A stretch of DNA of 63,320 nucleotides, the filler included, from Nemertoderma westbladi (taxonomy: Eukaryota > Animalia > Xenacoelomorpha): the NCBI GenBank assembly GCA_032718475.1. It is 3 parts of 3 records of this genome, joined end to end, with 100 filler letters (N's around TTAATTAATTAA, not from the genome) between each part and the next. Parts side by side here need not be neighbours in the genome. Positions count along the whole stretch, not along the records: positions 31,389 to 57,557 come from JAUCBJ010003776.1; positions 57,658 to 63,320 come from JAUCBJ010004318.1; 1 more part is not named here. One strand, 5' to 3'. Numbering within the stretch: position 1 is the first letter of the stretch; each line of letters opens with the position of its first letter. Positions 49,940 to 63,320 of the stretch are shown here, in pieces. The position numbers and the translations under genes are program-made. A model generated the notes under the pieces. It was not told the origin of the DNA, did no database searches, and saw only the letters and a list, made by a program, of their open reading frames with translations.

Positions 49940-50280
49940 AGAAATATTGCTAACATTATTAAAAATACGAACAAAGAAGAATTATTTCAACATTAATAAA
50001 AATATAAAAACAGAAGAATGCAGAAATATTGCTAACATTATTAAAAATACGAACAAAGAAGAATTATTTCAACATTAATAAAAATATAAAAACAGAAGAA
50101 TGCAGAAATATTGCTAACATTATTAAAAATACGAACAAAGAAGAATTATTTCAACATTAATAAAAATATAAAAACAGAAGAATGCAGAAATATTGCTAAC
50201 ATTATTAAAAATACGAACAAAGAAGAATTATTTCAACATTAATAAAAATATAAAAACAGAAGAATGCAGAAATATTGCTA
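49940..50280. repeat. 82-bp tandem repeat, 4 copies
   Basis: AGAAATATTGCTAACATTATTAAAAATACGAAC...AGAAGAATGC repeated. Confidence 0.93.
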
Positions 50281-50356
50281 CTGATCTCTATAATACTCCC
50301 TCAAATCTATGATGCTCTATTCCTATATTTAAACATAATATGTAATATAAAAAAAT

Positions 50357-51630
50357 TCATTTCCCCTTTTTGAGTTTTCTCACAACATTATAACGCTTAT
50401 AACGCTCAATGTTTTTGAGTTTTTTCTCACGTTCGTATTCGTCTAGAACAGATAGTTCATCGGAGTAGGGGCACCAAATATTAATAGCGTCAAATCCTGA
50501 TCCGATGAAGCGATGATATTGTCTCCCTGGAATAGACGTGGCAGTTGCCATAAAGGTATAGCAAATGGGGCATCGCCGTTTTCCTTTCATTGGAGCATCA
50601 GGTTGTAAATTTAGCTCGTGTAGCTTCTTCCCAGCACGGTCAATACGCGATTGGTCAACGGGATTAGGAGGAATAACACATTTCCTCTTTTTTGGAACTG
50701 GGGAAACAGCCTCTACGGAAGACTTAAATGCTTCTTCTATACCCACCGTTAAAAAGGCCGTATCTTGGGAGATTTCCGGAGAGGCAAATTTCATTGAAAA
50801 TGAAACTTGCGCTTCCTCACACTCCGTAGCTCCCTCCGTCAGTTTAGTGGCTAAAGTTTTAACCACTTCCATCGACTGTTTGTTTACAAGTCCATATGTC
50901 AACGTGACATTTCTTTCTTTTTGTTTTTTCAGTAACCAGTTTTTAGCTAGTGAAAATGAAACTGGCCAAACACATGGAGGAGTAGATTTAGTTTGACGGG
51001 CTTCCTCGACTTTATTATTGCAAGTTTCCTGGTACATTGTCAGGGCCTTCTTTATCATCGTTACACCAGAAGTGGTTGCTGATATAGAGTTAAATAGTTG
51101 ATCCATATTCCCTCCATATCAGCATTAAAATCTGGCGGAACGACCTGACCAGTCCCAGCCATGTGCCGTTTCTGCTGAACATTACGAGGCACTGACTTAC
51201 CTGGAGGCACATGTGTAGATTGCGAAAGCCATGTTGGAGTGGCTGGGATAGATCGTTTTGCAATGATGACTGATGATGGCGCCAATGATGAAGTTACAAT
51301 TATCGGTAGTTCCTGGGTCTGCGGTATTAAGTCTGGTTGATCAGTTGCAACGGTAACTGGCGATTCCCTGAACTCACTTGAATTTGTACTGTACCCAGAG
51401 GGAGATGGCAAATAATAGTGTTTATTTGAATCGAATATAATGGAGTCTGACGTGCCAGTACCTGGGTATGGAACTTCAACTCCAGGACAAGGAGCAGCGG
51501 AAACTTCCTTGCTTTTCAGAACTTTCCTTCCATGTCTGGTGACCAACTCTGTTGCTTCGAAAATGTCTGGTTCCAATTCTGAAATATCGTATCGACCAGG
51601 AAATCGCTGTCATTTAACATGTTTTTAACA
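50357..51630 (-). pseudogene. C-terminal part of an unassigned, probably TE-borne protein
   Basis: ORFs 51061-51576 and 50357-51106 are joined by a frameshift. C-terminal CPIC...H...WCP motif and a basic tail. Confidence 0.45.
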
Positions 51631-52520
51631 TGTCCGCAGGTTGTTCTTTGCTGAACTGCAGCCAATGGAGTACGTAATGTACAGTGTGCACCCACACTCT
51701 GAGCAATACAACACCCCATGGAACAAGTTGAAACTTGTAGTCCTCTGTATGGCCGTATTTACATTTGATGGCATTGTTAAAGGGCGCCATACCGGGTGTC
51801 TCACTGTCATTACAAGTCAATGTAATAAAGTAGGTCCAGGGCCCGTCCAGAGCGGCCAGTTCGTTGACCTTTTTTCGAGAATCGATCTCGCTGAAGTTTA
51901 ATTTATTTTCCCTCATCCCAATACTTACTTTATTTAAGTTTAAAAATTCTAGACTGTGGTTTAGTACTAAGGATACAGAGTTGTTATTGAGTTGCATGTT
52001 GAGTAAAATATCGAATGTAAAATCTAAATAAGCAAGTAGTTTTGATGTTACACTCCCACCACATAATCGTACCTCCAGTCGGTCGGAGAGAGAAGCGAGA
52101 CCACGCTTGTTTTGATTTCTATTAGAATACAGAACCAAAAGGAGTGCACCTAATATAGAAATATCCTCCCTGGCAAAATAAAAAATAATGGGAAATAAAA
52201 AGGCCTCGGGAAATAGCAATCCATCAGCACTTAGCGAAGTAATGTGACTGACTCAGTAGGCGGTTGAAATTGGCCTGTTTGTGTGTGGCGTATTTACTAT
52301 GCAAAACACCCAGATATTCATTGAGTAGGATCCCCGAATTGATCCAGTGGGTCCATTACAATTTCCTCGTCGTTGATCTCGTCAACTTCCATTTCGGGAT
52401 TCGAGTCGGGAGGGGAATATGTTGGAGGATTTCCAACAAAGGTATCCGTTCTGTTATTTATGGTGGCAGATCCGTGCTTGTAGCAGAGTCCGACATCACA
52501 ATGTTCGTACAGTAGACCCC
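51630..52520 (-). pseudogene. Helitron-like Rep N-terminal fragment
   Basis: LFPEAFLFP and GPWTYFITLTCN (Helitron Rep motif 1). Same strand as the helicase piece at 39431-41665. Confidence 0.65.
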
Positions 52521-53149
52521 ACAGACACCTCTATCTTGTGGTACGGGTGCAGTCTATTTTCCAGCACATTGAACGATTCACTAAGTGCTGGTGGATGAGG
52601 TGAAACTGAGGGTGGAAACAACATTTTAGAATATTTTGTCCAGCAAATTGTGACATTTGTTTATGCTTTGTTATTAAGTTTTGATGTTGTGTTTTTTTTT
52701 GATAAAATGAGAAATGAAAAGTGAGTAAAAATATTGGATCGCTGTATATTATTGTTTAAATATTTTTTTCCCACTGTGTCCTGGAATGAAAATGTTTCGC
52801 CCCATTTAAATATGAGACCTTGCGAGTTACTGATACACTGAAGGTAATAAGTTTCATTTTTCATTCATCAATTCTTCTAAATGCTCACTGATCACCTCAC
52901 AATCATAAATATGCTTGTAAATGCTTTTGGATCATAATGAACAAGGAGGGCAATCATATAAATAGTTTCAATAGATTATCAAGATTGGATTTATTTATTA
53001 TTATTATATTTATTAGTATTATTTATTTATTGCATAGTTATAATAAAACAATGTAACTGTACCTAAATAGTGTATGATTTCATCACAAAGTTCTGTATCT
53101 GTACACTGTAGTCTGTAGGTACAGCCTATTGGCAACAAATGTATGGGGT

Positions 53150-54822
53150 GGGGTGTCTTCCTCATAAGAGTCTGGCGGCACGCAATCGCCACAGTAGCAG
53201 TAAGAGGTATAAGCGCCTCAGAAGGAAGGACCTTTCCCTTTGGTACCGCACTCTTATCAATTGGATATAATCCAGTTTTTCGGAATAATATTCTCAGGTT
53301 TTCCAATGAAGGCTTCTATGAAGAGGAGTTTCAAAAGCGTCGGAAATGTCGGCTTCTGGACCGTTTTTTTTGCCGGGATTCACGGTAGAAGTCGCTAAGT
53401 ATCTTATACCAGGTTTTTTTGGCAGGTCCGTAACATGCAACATCTAGAGGCTGCAGGCACACAGTGTGAACTCCTTCTTCCCTAGCCTTAGCTGTGGTTT
53501 GATAAGTGAGATGCGACCCATGGCCGTCAAAGAAGATAACAATTGCTTTGATCTTCTTCTCATATTTCAGAAGTATATCTTCGAACCACGTTTCAAAAAT
53601 GAAGTCTCCCATCCAGCCACTCCCACGCACGCTATAGCTTGTATTCTCTGGCCCCCCAATAACCCAAGAGTCCATAACTTGATTTCCCTTTCCTTTATAC
53701 ACCACATATGGTGGCATATACTCCCCAGATGCACTACCGCAGAAAAGAACAGTATACATGGTCTTACTGTCTTACCCTCACTAGGAACCAAAAACTGTGC
53801 ATCTTTGCTACCTCGGCGGTTGAAACACTTTCGAGCTTTCGGATCCAGGGCAAGACCAATTTCGTCCAGATTGAAGAAACGCCCTGGTCTATCAGCTATA
53901 TCAAGCTTAACTACAAAGATCATGTACCATGTGGAAGAAGCCATCGATTAAGCCTTTTGCCCTGGCTACGGTAACATACTCAGGCTTTCTTTCACTAATT
54001 CATTGCTTCCATCTAGTTTTAAAGCTGATCAGCCAGTCGTGATCTCAACAAAGCAAGTTGTTTCTACAGTTTGTTCAAGATAAGACGTGACAAAAGTGGC
54101 TAGCACATTTGGTTCAAGTGGCCAGCCTAGATCTCCTAAGAATTCTAGTGCAGAAACTAAATATTCCTCAATCTCACGACTCAGTTCAGTTGGTCGACCT
54201 GCACCAAAATGATCAGTCCGACCCTTTATTGTAGGACGTTTTTTCGTACCATCCCATTTATTTGAATTCCATTGACTTAGGGTGCTTTTAGGAATACCCG
54301 TTTCTAGTGAAAGTTCTCTTAGACTCATTAGTTCGTCTTTAGATCTGTAGTGACTAATGGCCATGTCAAGGTCATCCTTAGAGTATGATCTCGGGGGTTT
54401 CTTTCGCATGTAATGTCGAGGCATTGCAGCATTGATCAGAATTTATACCAGAATCCTTAATCCTCTATGTGGTAGCAGCAATAGGTCTACAGCAATAGGT
54501 ATATACTACTGCATGTATACACTACACAGGTTTGCATGTAGGCCTACCTGGTAAAAATATTGAAGGCTTGAAGACTAGGCATACTGCAATACAGAACTGC
54601 AGTGTATGTAATAAAATCATATCATAGGGTCTGTGGGTAGCCTATTAAATCTATCTTATTGCCTTGGTCATATATCCTACTGACACTGACAATACTAGTC
54701 ACTGATATTATTATAGATTGGTATGATTAGATAAGCCTACTACTACAGTACTGGCCTACTACTGTCCGGAATTTTCCCAATGTCCGGAATAGACCCATCC
54801 GAAATTACCCCATTATACCCTA
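53150..54822 (-). mobile_element. pogo/Tigger-like transposon, degraded
   Basis: psq-type HTH (MPRHYMRK...YSKDDLDMAI), GRPTELS, FNLDEIG, FFDGHGSH and QPLDVACYGP over frameshifted ORFs. Candidate 5' end TA|TAGGGTATAATGGGG at ~54822. Confidence 0.85.
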
Positions 54823-55366
54823 TAGGTTACAAGGTCTAAAATGATAAAAAAACGCGAGCAAAGCGAACGAAATTTTTTTATTTTAACAATGCAAAATGGA
54901 AAAAAAATGCTAGTGAAGCGAGTGAAATTTTTTATGGCTTCCGTAATGTAATTACCGTATTTTTCTCATTAAATTGCAGTTTTGCACACACTATAACTTT
55001 TTTTTACACCTCATCCGTGCACTTTATGACTTGTAATATTCTGCACAGATTCCCATGCGCTTTCGGTGGTAGACCTATTTTTCACACAATTCTGCTCACT
55101 TGTATTTCAATTCCGCACACTTTTACCACGCACTATTTCAAAACTGCTCACTATTTCAAAACTGCGCACTATTTCAAAACCGCACACAACACGTTGCGAT
55201 TTTTGCACTCCATTTGCAGCCTGGGCAGGCTGTATGCGGAGAAGGACTGGTGGACGAATTCTAAACTCCGACCAAGAAACTGCTGCCTGCATTACAATTA
55301 TTTTGCTGTTGTGTTTGTGCCATTTTTTCATCCTAAACCAATATTGAACAGTTGAATGAGTATTAA

Positions 55367-56791
55367 CCCTATTACCACTGGGGTGTTTTGACCATTAGCA
55401 CCACTGGGGGGGGACCGATTCGGCCCACCCACTATATTTTTGTAGTCGTCCAATGAAATCCTGAAATCCTACAAAATTTGGGCTGTTGGTGAAACAACTA
55501 TAGATGAACACTACCAAACCTTAAAAAATTAAAATTTCATAAGCAGGGACTCATAATTTTGATGAAAAATAAAAGTAGTCCCAGGACAAAATTACAAAAT
55601 TTTTCGTTTTCTAAAAACTAATAGTGTGGCAGTGTTGGCTAGATTTAGTAGGTTTTTCAAGACGCTGAATCGAATGTGACTATATTCCACTTCCAAAAAT
55701 TGAAGTGCATGCTATTTTTCGTGCACCTAAGAAGTGGGCGTGGCACTTCAAATTTTGAAAAATTAGATATTCAGAAAATGCCCCTAATTTAATTATTTCA
55801 ACGCATATTTATGGGTTTTCTGGGCCGCTGAATCGATTGAAAGTAATATAGAAGCCTGAAGACTGAGTGGTTCGCCATTTTTGGTGCACCAAAATTAGGG
55901 CGTGGCACTTCAAATTTTGAAAAATACGAGATTCGGAAAATAAACCAAAATTGAAATTTTAACGAATTTATATAGGTTTTCCAGACCGCTGAATCGATTG
56001 AAAGTAATATAGAAGCCTGAAGACTTAGAAGTTAGCCATTTTTTGAAATCAAAACTTTAGTGTTTTTTCCGAATAAAGTAATTTTGAAAATTTGAAGTGC
56101 CACGCCCTAATTTTGGTGCACCGAAAATTACGTACACAAAGGATTTGAGGCTTCTATATTACTTTCAATCGATTCAGCGCTCCAGAAAACCTATAAAATT
56201 AATTTGAAATCAAAACTTTAGTGAATTTTCCGAATCTCGTATTTTTCAAAATTTGAAGTGCCACGCCCTAATTTTGGTGCACCAAAAATGGCGAACCACT
56301 AAGTCTTCAGGCTTCTATACTACTTTTAATCGATTCAGCGCTCCAGAAAACCAATAAAAATGCTTCGAAATCAGAACTTTAGTAAATTTTCCGAATAAAG
56401 TAATTTTGAAATTTTAAAGTGCCACGCCCTAAATTTGGTGCTCCAAAAATGACGTACCACTACACTTACATACTTGTATAGAGCATTAGAGTGATCCAAA
56501 CCAATAAAAATAAATAAAAATAGCCCAAACATAAATAATTACTAAATCACGAATGACTTTGTAAAATTCGAAAATTTCAAAAAATTTGGTGCTGGAGACC
56601 AAATTTTGAGGTGGCACCCACATCGAAAAGTAGAAATCCAATTGCAACGGCGTTTTTTGCAAAAGATGCGGCATTAAATTTGGCTAATTCTCACAAAAAA
56701 TTGGGCCGGTACGTAATGTGGTTGCATAGTTACAGCAACTAAAAACTAGGAAGGGGCCGATTCGCCCCCCCCCCCCCCAGTGGTAATAGGG
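55367..56791. mobile_element. piggyBac-like non-autonomous foldback element
   Basis: TTAA at 55363-55366 and 56792-56795. TIRs CCCTATTACCACTGGGG / CCCCAGTGGTAATAGGG. Internal subrepeats switch orientation near 56040. Confidence 0.85.
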
Positions 56792-57557
56792 TTAATAAGT
56801 TAAACCCACATTCGCTGTGACCCTGTCCAATAGTGATAATTTGTAGCATTTTATTGCAATAAGTTATTTAAATACTTGTGTCATTAGGCCTACCAGTATT
56901 AAACCTTTGATATCTGAGGCATATCAGGGCATTGCATGTAATTACTAATATAAGTTAATGCAATGTCTAGTGATGGTCCAGATAATGTTCTTAAGAATTT
57001 GGTAAAAATAAAGGAAAGTCAATCCTGATTATAAAAAAGTGTTCACTTTTCAATAAACGGTACGAGATGGGTTCAACACACTTTGAATATAATAGTTGAA
57101 AGTGTAAATTTGTTCACGCGTATTTCACAGGGGCACCGAGGACATGGAACATACACAATATACACATGTGTGTGAGAGGTCCTCGGTTCTACTTAACTTC
57201 AGGTGAAACTTATACTATTATGGCCCTGACAGGAACAAAAAATATGTTTAATAACATATGATCCATTATTAATTAATTATTTATATACCTTATCTGCTTC
57301 ATTTAAGATCAACATTTAAACAATTATTGAATAATATTATATGTTTACATAATTTATTTTAATTTGTATGTCTGGAATATTCAAACCATTCAATCCTAAT
57401 GCTGAGCTGCCTGTATCCAATCCCATTATCGGCGCTGTATGTGGGAGGGAGCCTGGCGCATGTGTTGTGGGGCGAGCTACTGTACGAAGTAAGAGAGCCT
57501 TAGCGTAGGGGTACCATGAAATCAACCTGTCGGTCTGTCCATCTGTCGCTCTGTCTC

Positions 57558-57657
57558 NNNNNNNNNNNNNNNNNNNNNNNNNNNNNNNNNNNNNNNNNNN
57601 NTTAATTAATTAANNNNNNNNNNNNNNNNNNNNNNNNNNNNNNNNNNNNNNNNNNNN
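57558..57657. other. Assembly gap / contig linker
   Basis: N-run with TTAATTAATTAA. Confidence 0.97.
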
Positions 57658-58522
57658 ACTTGCGCGGCAAGCGTATACTCACGCAATAGTGCTCGCAATA
57701 GAATGTTTAATTAATTATGCGGCACAGAATATGAAATTACTTGTGCGGCAAGCGTATACTCACGCAATAGTGCTCGCAATAGAATGTATAATAAATTATG
57801 TGGCACAGAATATAATATTACTTGTGCGGCAAGCGTATACTCACGCAATAGTGCTCGCAATAGAATGTATAATTAATTATGCGGCACAGAATATAAAATT
57901 ACTTGTGCGGCAAGCGTATACTCACGCAATAGTGCTCGCAATAGAATGTATAATAAATTATGTGGCACAGAATATAATATTACTTGTGCGGCAAGCGTAT
58001 ACTCACGCAATAGTGCTTGCAATAGAATGTATAATTAATTATGCGGCACAGAATATAAAATTACTTGTGCGGCAAGCGTATACTCACGCAATAGTGCTCG
58101 CAATAGAATGTATAATAAATTATGTGGCACAGAATATAATATTACTTGTGCGGCAAGCGTATACCCACGCAATAGTGCTCGCAATAGAATGTATAATTAA
58201 TTATGCGGCACAGAATATAAAATTACTTGTGCGGCAAGCGTATACTCACGCAATAGTGCTCGCAATAGAATGTTTAATTAATTATGCGGCACAGAATATG
58301 AAATTACTTGTGCGGCAAGCGTATACTCACGCATTAGTGCTCACAATAGAATGTATAATTGATTATGCGGCACTGAATGTAAAATTACTTGTGCGGCAAG
58401 CGTATACTCACGCAATAGTGCTCGCAATATAATGTATAATTAATTATGCGGCACAGAATATAAAATTACTTGTGCGGCAAGCGTATACTCACGCAATAGT
58501 GCTCGCAATAGAATGTATAATT
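57658..58522. repeat. 81-bp satellite (~10.5 copies) with partly alternating variants
   Basis: ACTTGTGCGGCAAGCGTATACTCACGCAATAGTGCTCGCAATAGAATG... period 81. Confidence 0.95.
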
Positions 58523-58981
58523 GTTATTATTGTAATTGTAATTGTATAATTAATTATTATGTGACTAGCATATAGGCTTAAAAAATTAACTGTAATTTAA
58601 TTGATTAAAAATTAAAATATTCTGAATTCATCCGAAGGGTTGTAAGTTATCGGCTGTCAAGAAAGCCGAATAGATTGCTGCATAACCTTTGTTGTTTGAT
58701 TTATACTGTATCAGTATAAGCAGTGACGGATAAGACTTGCTTTCCATTACACCACCTTGCGGCTTCTTTATTAATTTATATTCAACCCCGAGCGGATGCT
58801 CACGTTGCCCCAATAATTATATCCTCTGCACGATTACTAGAAAGCTGTGGCCCGATTTTGTTGTAATTCATCTGTATCTTTGAGTCAGGTTTGTTGGGAA
58901 AACCGAGATTTCGGGACTTTTCCTAAAATTTAATGAGCTATCCAACAGAGCAAACGTCAGCGTCTTTGGTAATGTTAGTAT

Positions 58982-61445
58982 TCGTGTTGTGGTCCCTTTC
59001 TGACACCCATCTCCAATATTTTTCATGCTGTGGTCCCTTTCTGGCACCCATCTCCATTATTTTTCGTGCTGTGGTCCCTTTCTGGCACCCATCTCCAGTA
59101 CTTTTCGTGCCGTGGTCCCTTTCTGGCACCCATCTCCAGTATTTGTCGTGCTGTGGTCCCTTTCTGGCACTCAGCACCATTATTTTTCGTGCTGTGGTCC
59201 CTTTCTGGCACCCATTTCCAGTATTTTTCGTGCTGTGGTCCCTTTCTGGCACCCATCTCCAGCATTTTTCGTGCTGTGGTCCCTTTCCTTTCTGGCACCC
59301 ATCTCCCATCTCAGGTATTTTTCGAGCAGCTGTTGTCCCCTTCAGGCACCCATCTCCAGTATTTTTCGTGCTGTGGTCCCTTTCTGGCACCCATCTCCAT
59401 TATTTTTCGTGCTGTGGTCCCTTTCTGGCACCCATCTCCAGTACTTTTCGTGCCGTGGTCCCTTTCTGGCACCCATCTCCAGTATTTGTCGTGCTGTGGT
59501 CCCTTTCTGGCACTCAGCACCATTATTTTTCGTGCTGTGGTCCCTTTCTGGCACCCATCTCCAGTATTTTTCTATTCCAGTATTATTTATGATGGGATAG
59601 ATGAGCTTTAAACACTCAGGTATTTTAAAGACCTCAGGGGGAACACCATCTACTCCACTGGCACGATTGGTCTTAATGCTCTTTGCAGCAGCCTTCACTT
59701 CTGCAAAGGAGATATCGCCAATGGGAATATCTGGGAGTACAGACTCAGACACTTTTACTTCTATAAAGTTATCAGGCAATACCCTGTCATTATTGAGGAG
59801 CTTTTCAAAGTGGGCTTTCCAACCATTGAGGCGATCGGCTGGTGATTCAGCCTTAACCTTGGTGGTTGGTTGGCTTTTCCGCCCAGTAAGCAGAATGGGT
59901 TCCGTAAAGGTCGTGGGACCATGGAGCCCATTTTGGCACTTAGAAGGATAATTGAAGAGTTATCAAAAAAGAAAGACAGGCATCTGGCTGTTATCTTTGT
60001 TGACTTCTTCAAGGCCTTTGATTCAGTCTCTCGCGCACGTATGTTCAGCATACTTTCATTATATGGGATTCCTGATGAAATTATTGCAGCAATCAGATCA
60101 GTATACGATGGTTCGACAACATTTGTGTCTACTGTTGACGGTGACACAGAACCATTTGAAGTGTTATGGGGCGTACTCCAAGGAGACACGCTTGCACCAT
60201 TCTTGTTCATTATTGTGGTTGACTATGTTCTACGCATGTCCTTAGATCGTCATAATGATGATGGGGTGATGATAACTCCACCTACTGGCTCCAGAAGTCG
60301 AGGAAATCCTGCCAAGTACCTAACTGATCTAGACTTTGCTGATGACTTAGGAGTACTCTCAGAATCATTAGAGGGAGCCCAGCGGCTCCTCAGCTCATTA
60401 GAACATGCTGCTTCTAGTGTTGGTCTTTTTATCAACTCCAGAAAGACCAAAATTCTGACAGTTAACTTTGAAAGTCCTCAGCAAGTCTCTGATCGGATGA
60501 GCATAAGCTCAAAGGATGGTATGCTTGAGCATGTGGACGACTTCTGTTACCTGGGATCATGGATCCGGAAGTCAGGTGAGGACCTTCGAATACGTAAGGG
60601 AAAGGCATGGGCAGCCTTGAATAGGCTTTCCAGGATATGGAAGTCACCTAGAATTAATCGGAAACTTAAGGTCCGATTATTTAGAGCAGCAGTAGTTCCA
60701 GTACTCCTCTACGGGAGTCCATGCTGGGCTCTAACTGCTGAGGACACCAAATCTCTGGATGGCACATTCACAAGAATGCTACGCCGGGTACATTGTGTCA
60801 AGTACAATGCACACATCTCCAACCAGACACTATATAACATTGGAGGTGTCTCATTGGTTCCCCCAAGCTTGACACTAGAACAAAATCGCCTCCGCTTTGC
60901 AGGACATTGCTTTCGCCGTGAGGACCAGCCAGTGCATAATCTTGTACTTTGGCAGCCTCATGGAGTGAATAAGCATGGTGGACAGCCCATGACTTTCTTG
61001 AGACGCATCTTAAAGGACACTGGCCTTAAAGATGCGGATGATCTAGCAAATGTCATGGGTGATAGGGAGTTGTGGTGGTGCAATTTTGTTGACAAGCCGG
61101 CACAGCATTCTTAAAAATGCAGCTGCAATGCAGCATGCCGATCCTAGTAGTAGTAGTCCCTTTCTGGCACTCAGCACCATTATTTTTCGTGCTGTGGTCC
61201 CTTTCTGGCACCCATCTCCAGTATTTTTCGTGCTGTGGTCCCCTTCTGGGACCCATCTCCAGTATTTTTCGTGCTGCGGTCCCTTTCTGGCACCCATCTC
61301 CAGTATTTTTCGTGGTATTGTCCCCTTCAGGCACCCATGTCCAGTATTTTTCGTGCTGTGGTCCCTTTCTGGCACCCAGCGCCATTATTTTTCGCGCTAT
61401 GGTCCCTTTCTGGCACCCATCTCCAGTATTTTTCGTTCTGTGGTC
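58982..61445. repeat. 41-bp minisatellite interrupted by an RTE insertion
   Basis: CGTGCTGTGGTCCCTTTCTGGCACCCATCTCCAGTATTTTT at 58982-59572 and 61156-61445. Confidence 0.92.
59573..61155 (+). mobile_element. 5'-truncated, 5'-inverted RTE-clade LINE
   Basis: RT on + (QNGFRKGR, FVDFFKAFDSV, GVLQGDTLAPFLF, LDFADD, YLGS) ending at 61114, then a (TAG)n tail. The pre-RT segment (EVKAAAKSIKTNRASGVDGVPPE) lies on the minus strand at ~59573-59885. Confidence 0.88.
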
Positions 61446-62416
61446 ACGAAATTTTGAAAATCCATTCAATAGATAAAATTGCTTGTGACAAATTATTTCT
61501 TGCATTTTAGAGGTTTATGGCTGTTCTGAAATCAATGGAATATATAATTATCAAGCTAGACATCTCAAACTTGTATTTTTCGGATGTGGGTGCAAAATTT
61601 GGTGCTAGCACCAAATTTTGAAAACCATCAAATATATCAATTGATTGTGTCATCTTGTTTCTTGCGTTATACGGGTTTGTTAGGGTTCTGAATTCAATGC
61701 AATCAGTAAAAATTTCATAAGAGTTCTCAAACTGGTATTTTTCCCCAGTGGGTGAAAATTGTTGTGCCAGCACCAAATTTTGGAAAATATGCAAATTGAT
61801 CAGTAGATAGTGTCACCTTGTTTCTTGCGTTATACGGGTTTATGAGGGTCCTGAATCCGATGGAATCCATAAAAACAGCACTGGACATCGCAAACTTGTA
61901 CTTTTTGGTGATGGGTACGAAATTTGGTGCTAGCACCAAAATTTGCCAAATTACGCCGAAAAATACAAGTAGCAATGATCTGGCATATTAGAAATGTATT
62001 CCATTAGATTCAGCGCCCTCGAAAACCTGAAAATGTGAATTTATAGCATCGTATAATTGAATTAAAAATTTTGTGTTCTAACGGAAAAGTGCTGGTTACT
62101 TGTTTTTTTCATTTTTTTCCTACGCATAGAGGACTAAACAGCCATTGATGGTAATCATATCATTTTTAAATATTTTCCAATGTATTTTGCGCCCCAGATA
62201 ACCTGTATTGAAAAACAATTAGCCGAAAAATGTAACATTCAAATTTTGTGAAAATTGTGCACTACTTGTAATTTTGATGCTGCAATATTACCACCCCAGT
62301 ACATTTTTTCAAAATTTTTTTTTCGGTCGGATCCAGACTAGTGATACCTACGTACAAACAAAAAATCAGAAGTTTTCGTTAATATTTGTAGATTTTAGAG
62401 GGAGGGGTCAATATGA

Positions 62417-62447
<31 letters not shown>

Positions 62448-62480
62448 TGTACAGCATTTTATAGCCCGGTACTAATAGGG
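61446..62480. mobile_element. One end of a second piggyBac-like non-autonomous element
   Basis: Ends CCGGTACTAATAGGG|TTAA (62481-62484) after a C-run, as in the 55367-56791 element. Internal AAATTTGGTGCTAGCACCAAA repeats. Left end not found. Confidence 0.5.
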
Positions 62481-63320
62481 TTAATGGTTGGCATACACCT
62501 GATTTTTGTACTTCAAGACATGGCGAATTCAGCTAGGCCGGATGCCACCGCTGCATTTTTGATGCCTTTTTTGGGCTTTAAAGTTTTTTGCTCAAAAATG
62601 TTTTTTTTTTTCAATTTTAGGATACAAGTTCATGGTGAATGCTAGTGAATCTCGTCTCTTAACCAGTGTATAAATTAAAAGTTAATCAAAATGCATCAAT
62701 GTTGTCCTGAAACTGTCATAAACACTTTGGTAAAGAAGAAAATTTCTGAAATTCCCTTGAAGTCCGCCAACTCGGCCCTAGTAACCCCCATAGCAACAGA
62801 TTTATGAAATTTAAATTATTAATTTCTCTGTCTCACCTTTCCTTTTCAAACAGTTTTAAAAATTAAAAAACCCATCAGACAAAGACAACTTAAATAACAT
62901 CTTGGGAACACATCAAGGGCAATATAAAATCAAATAGTGTCCAATGTCGCAGATGGGCCTGTGCCCATTATTTGGACCAGAGTAATTTACACAAGTATCA
63001 AAATATTAAGTTTAAGTGGAGAATTCGTGTACCTTTACTCAACTATTTGCTCCCATATTTGTAATTATTTAAAAATATAGCATGGTGATACTTCCCGTCA
63101 TATTGTACACATTTGGGTGAAATTTACAGTCCACGTTACCATAGTAACAGACCAAATAAGACAATTTCATCAGAACTTAATTTGCAGAGTAACTAACTAT
63201 AATGCAGTTTTCCTTAGTTTAACTTACCAGAGTTTTGAGACATTAAATGTGACACACGTCGCATAGCTATAACCTTCGACTGTTAGTCAACATCCTATCT
63301 TGACTTGGGGAATATTGTTT

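Noticed and set aside
57689-58432. 247-aa ORF of 27-aa repeats
   Set aside because: Read-through of an 81-bp satellite at a contig edge; no evidence of coding.

Overview
AT-rich eukaryotic (metazoan-like) DNA made almost entirely of nested transposable elements, their decayed ORFs and tandem repeats. Two N-gaps carrying a TTAATTAATTAA linker (31289-31388, 57558-57657) split it into three blocks whose adjacency is not guaranteed. I recognised no intact multi-exon host gene. Main elements: (1) a young 8.5-kb BEL/Pao-type LTR element (12559-21036) with apparently identical 604-bp LTRs, a 5-bp TSD and an intact gag-protease ORF, but no RT or integrase; (2) an intronless 11-finger C2H2 gene split by a hAT element; (3) two Helitron/Helentron-type non-autonomous elements with arrays of CTCF-like sites; (4) a full-length frameshifted piggyBac and piggyBac-like MITEs; (5) P-like, pogo-like, Helitron Rep/Pif1, tyrosine-recombinase, SGNH, R2-like and RTE fragments; (6) a tRNA-SINE; (7) an intact intronless mini-APLF (FHA-acidic-PBZ). 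Best novelty candidate: the BEL/Pao element has no tRNA primer-binding site. Instead, the 12 nt abutting its 5' LTR are perfectly complementary to a 12-mer inside its own LTR, the geometry of Tf1-type self-primed reverse transcription. All calls come from reading the sequence by eye; no searches were run.
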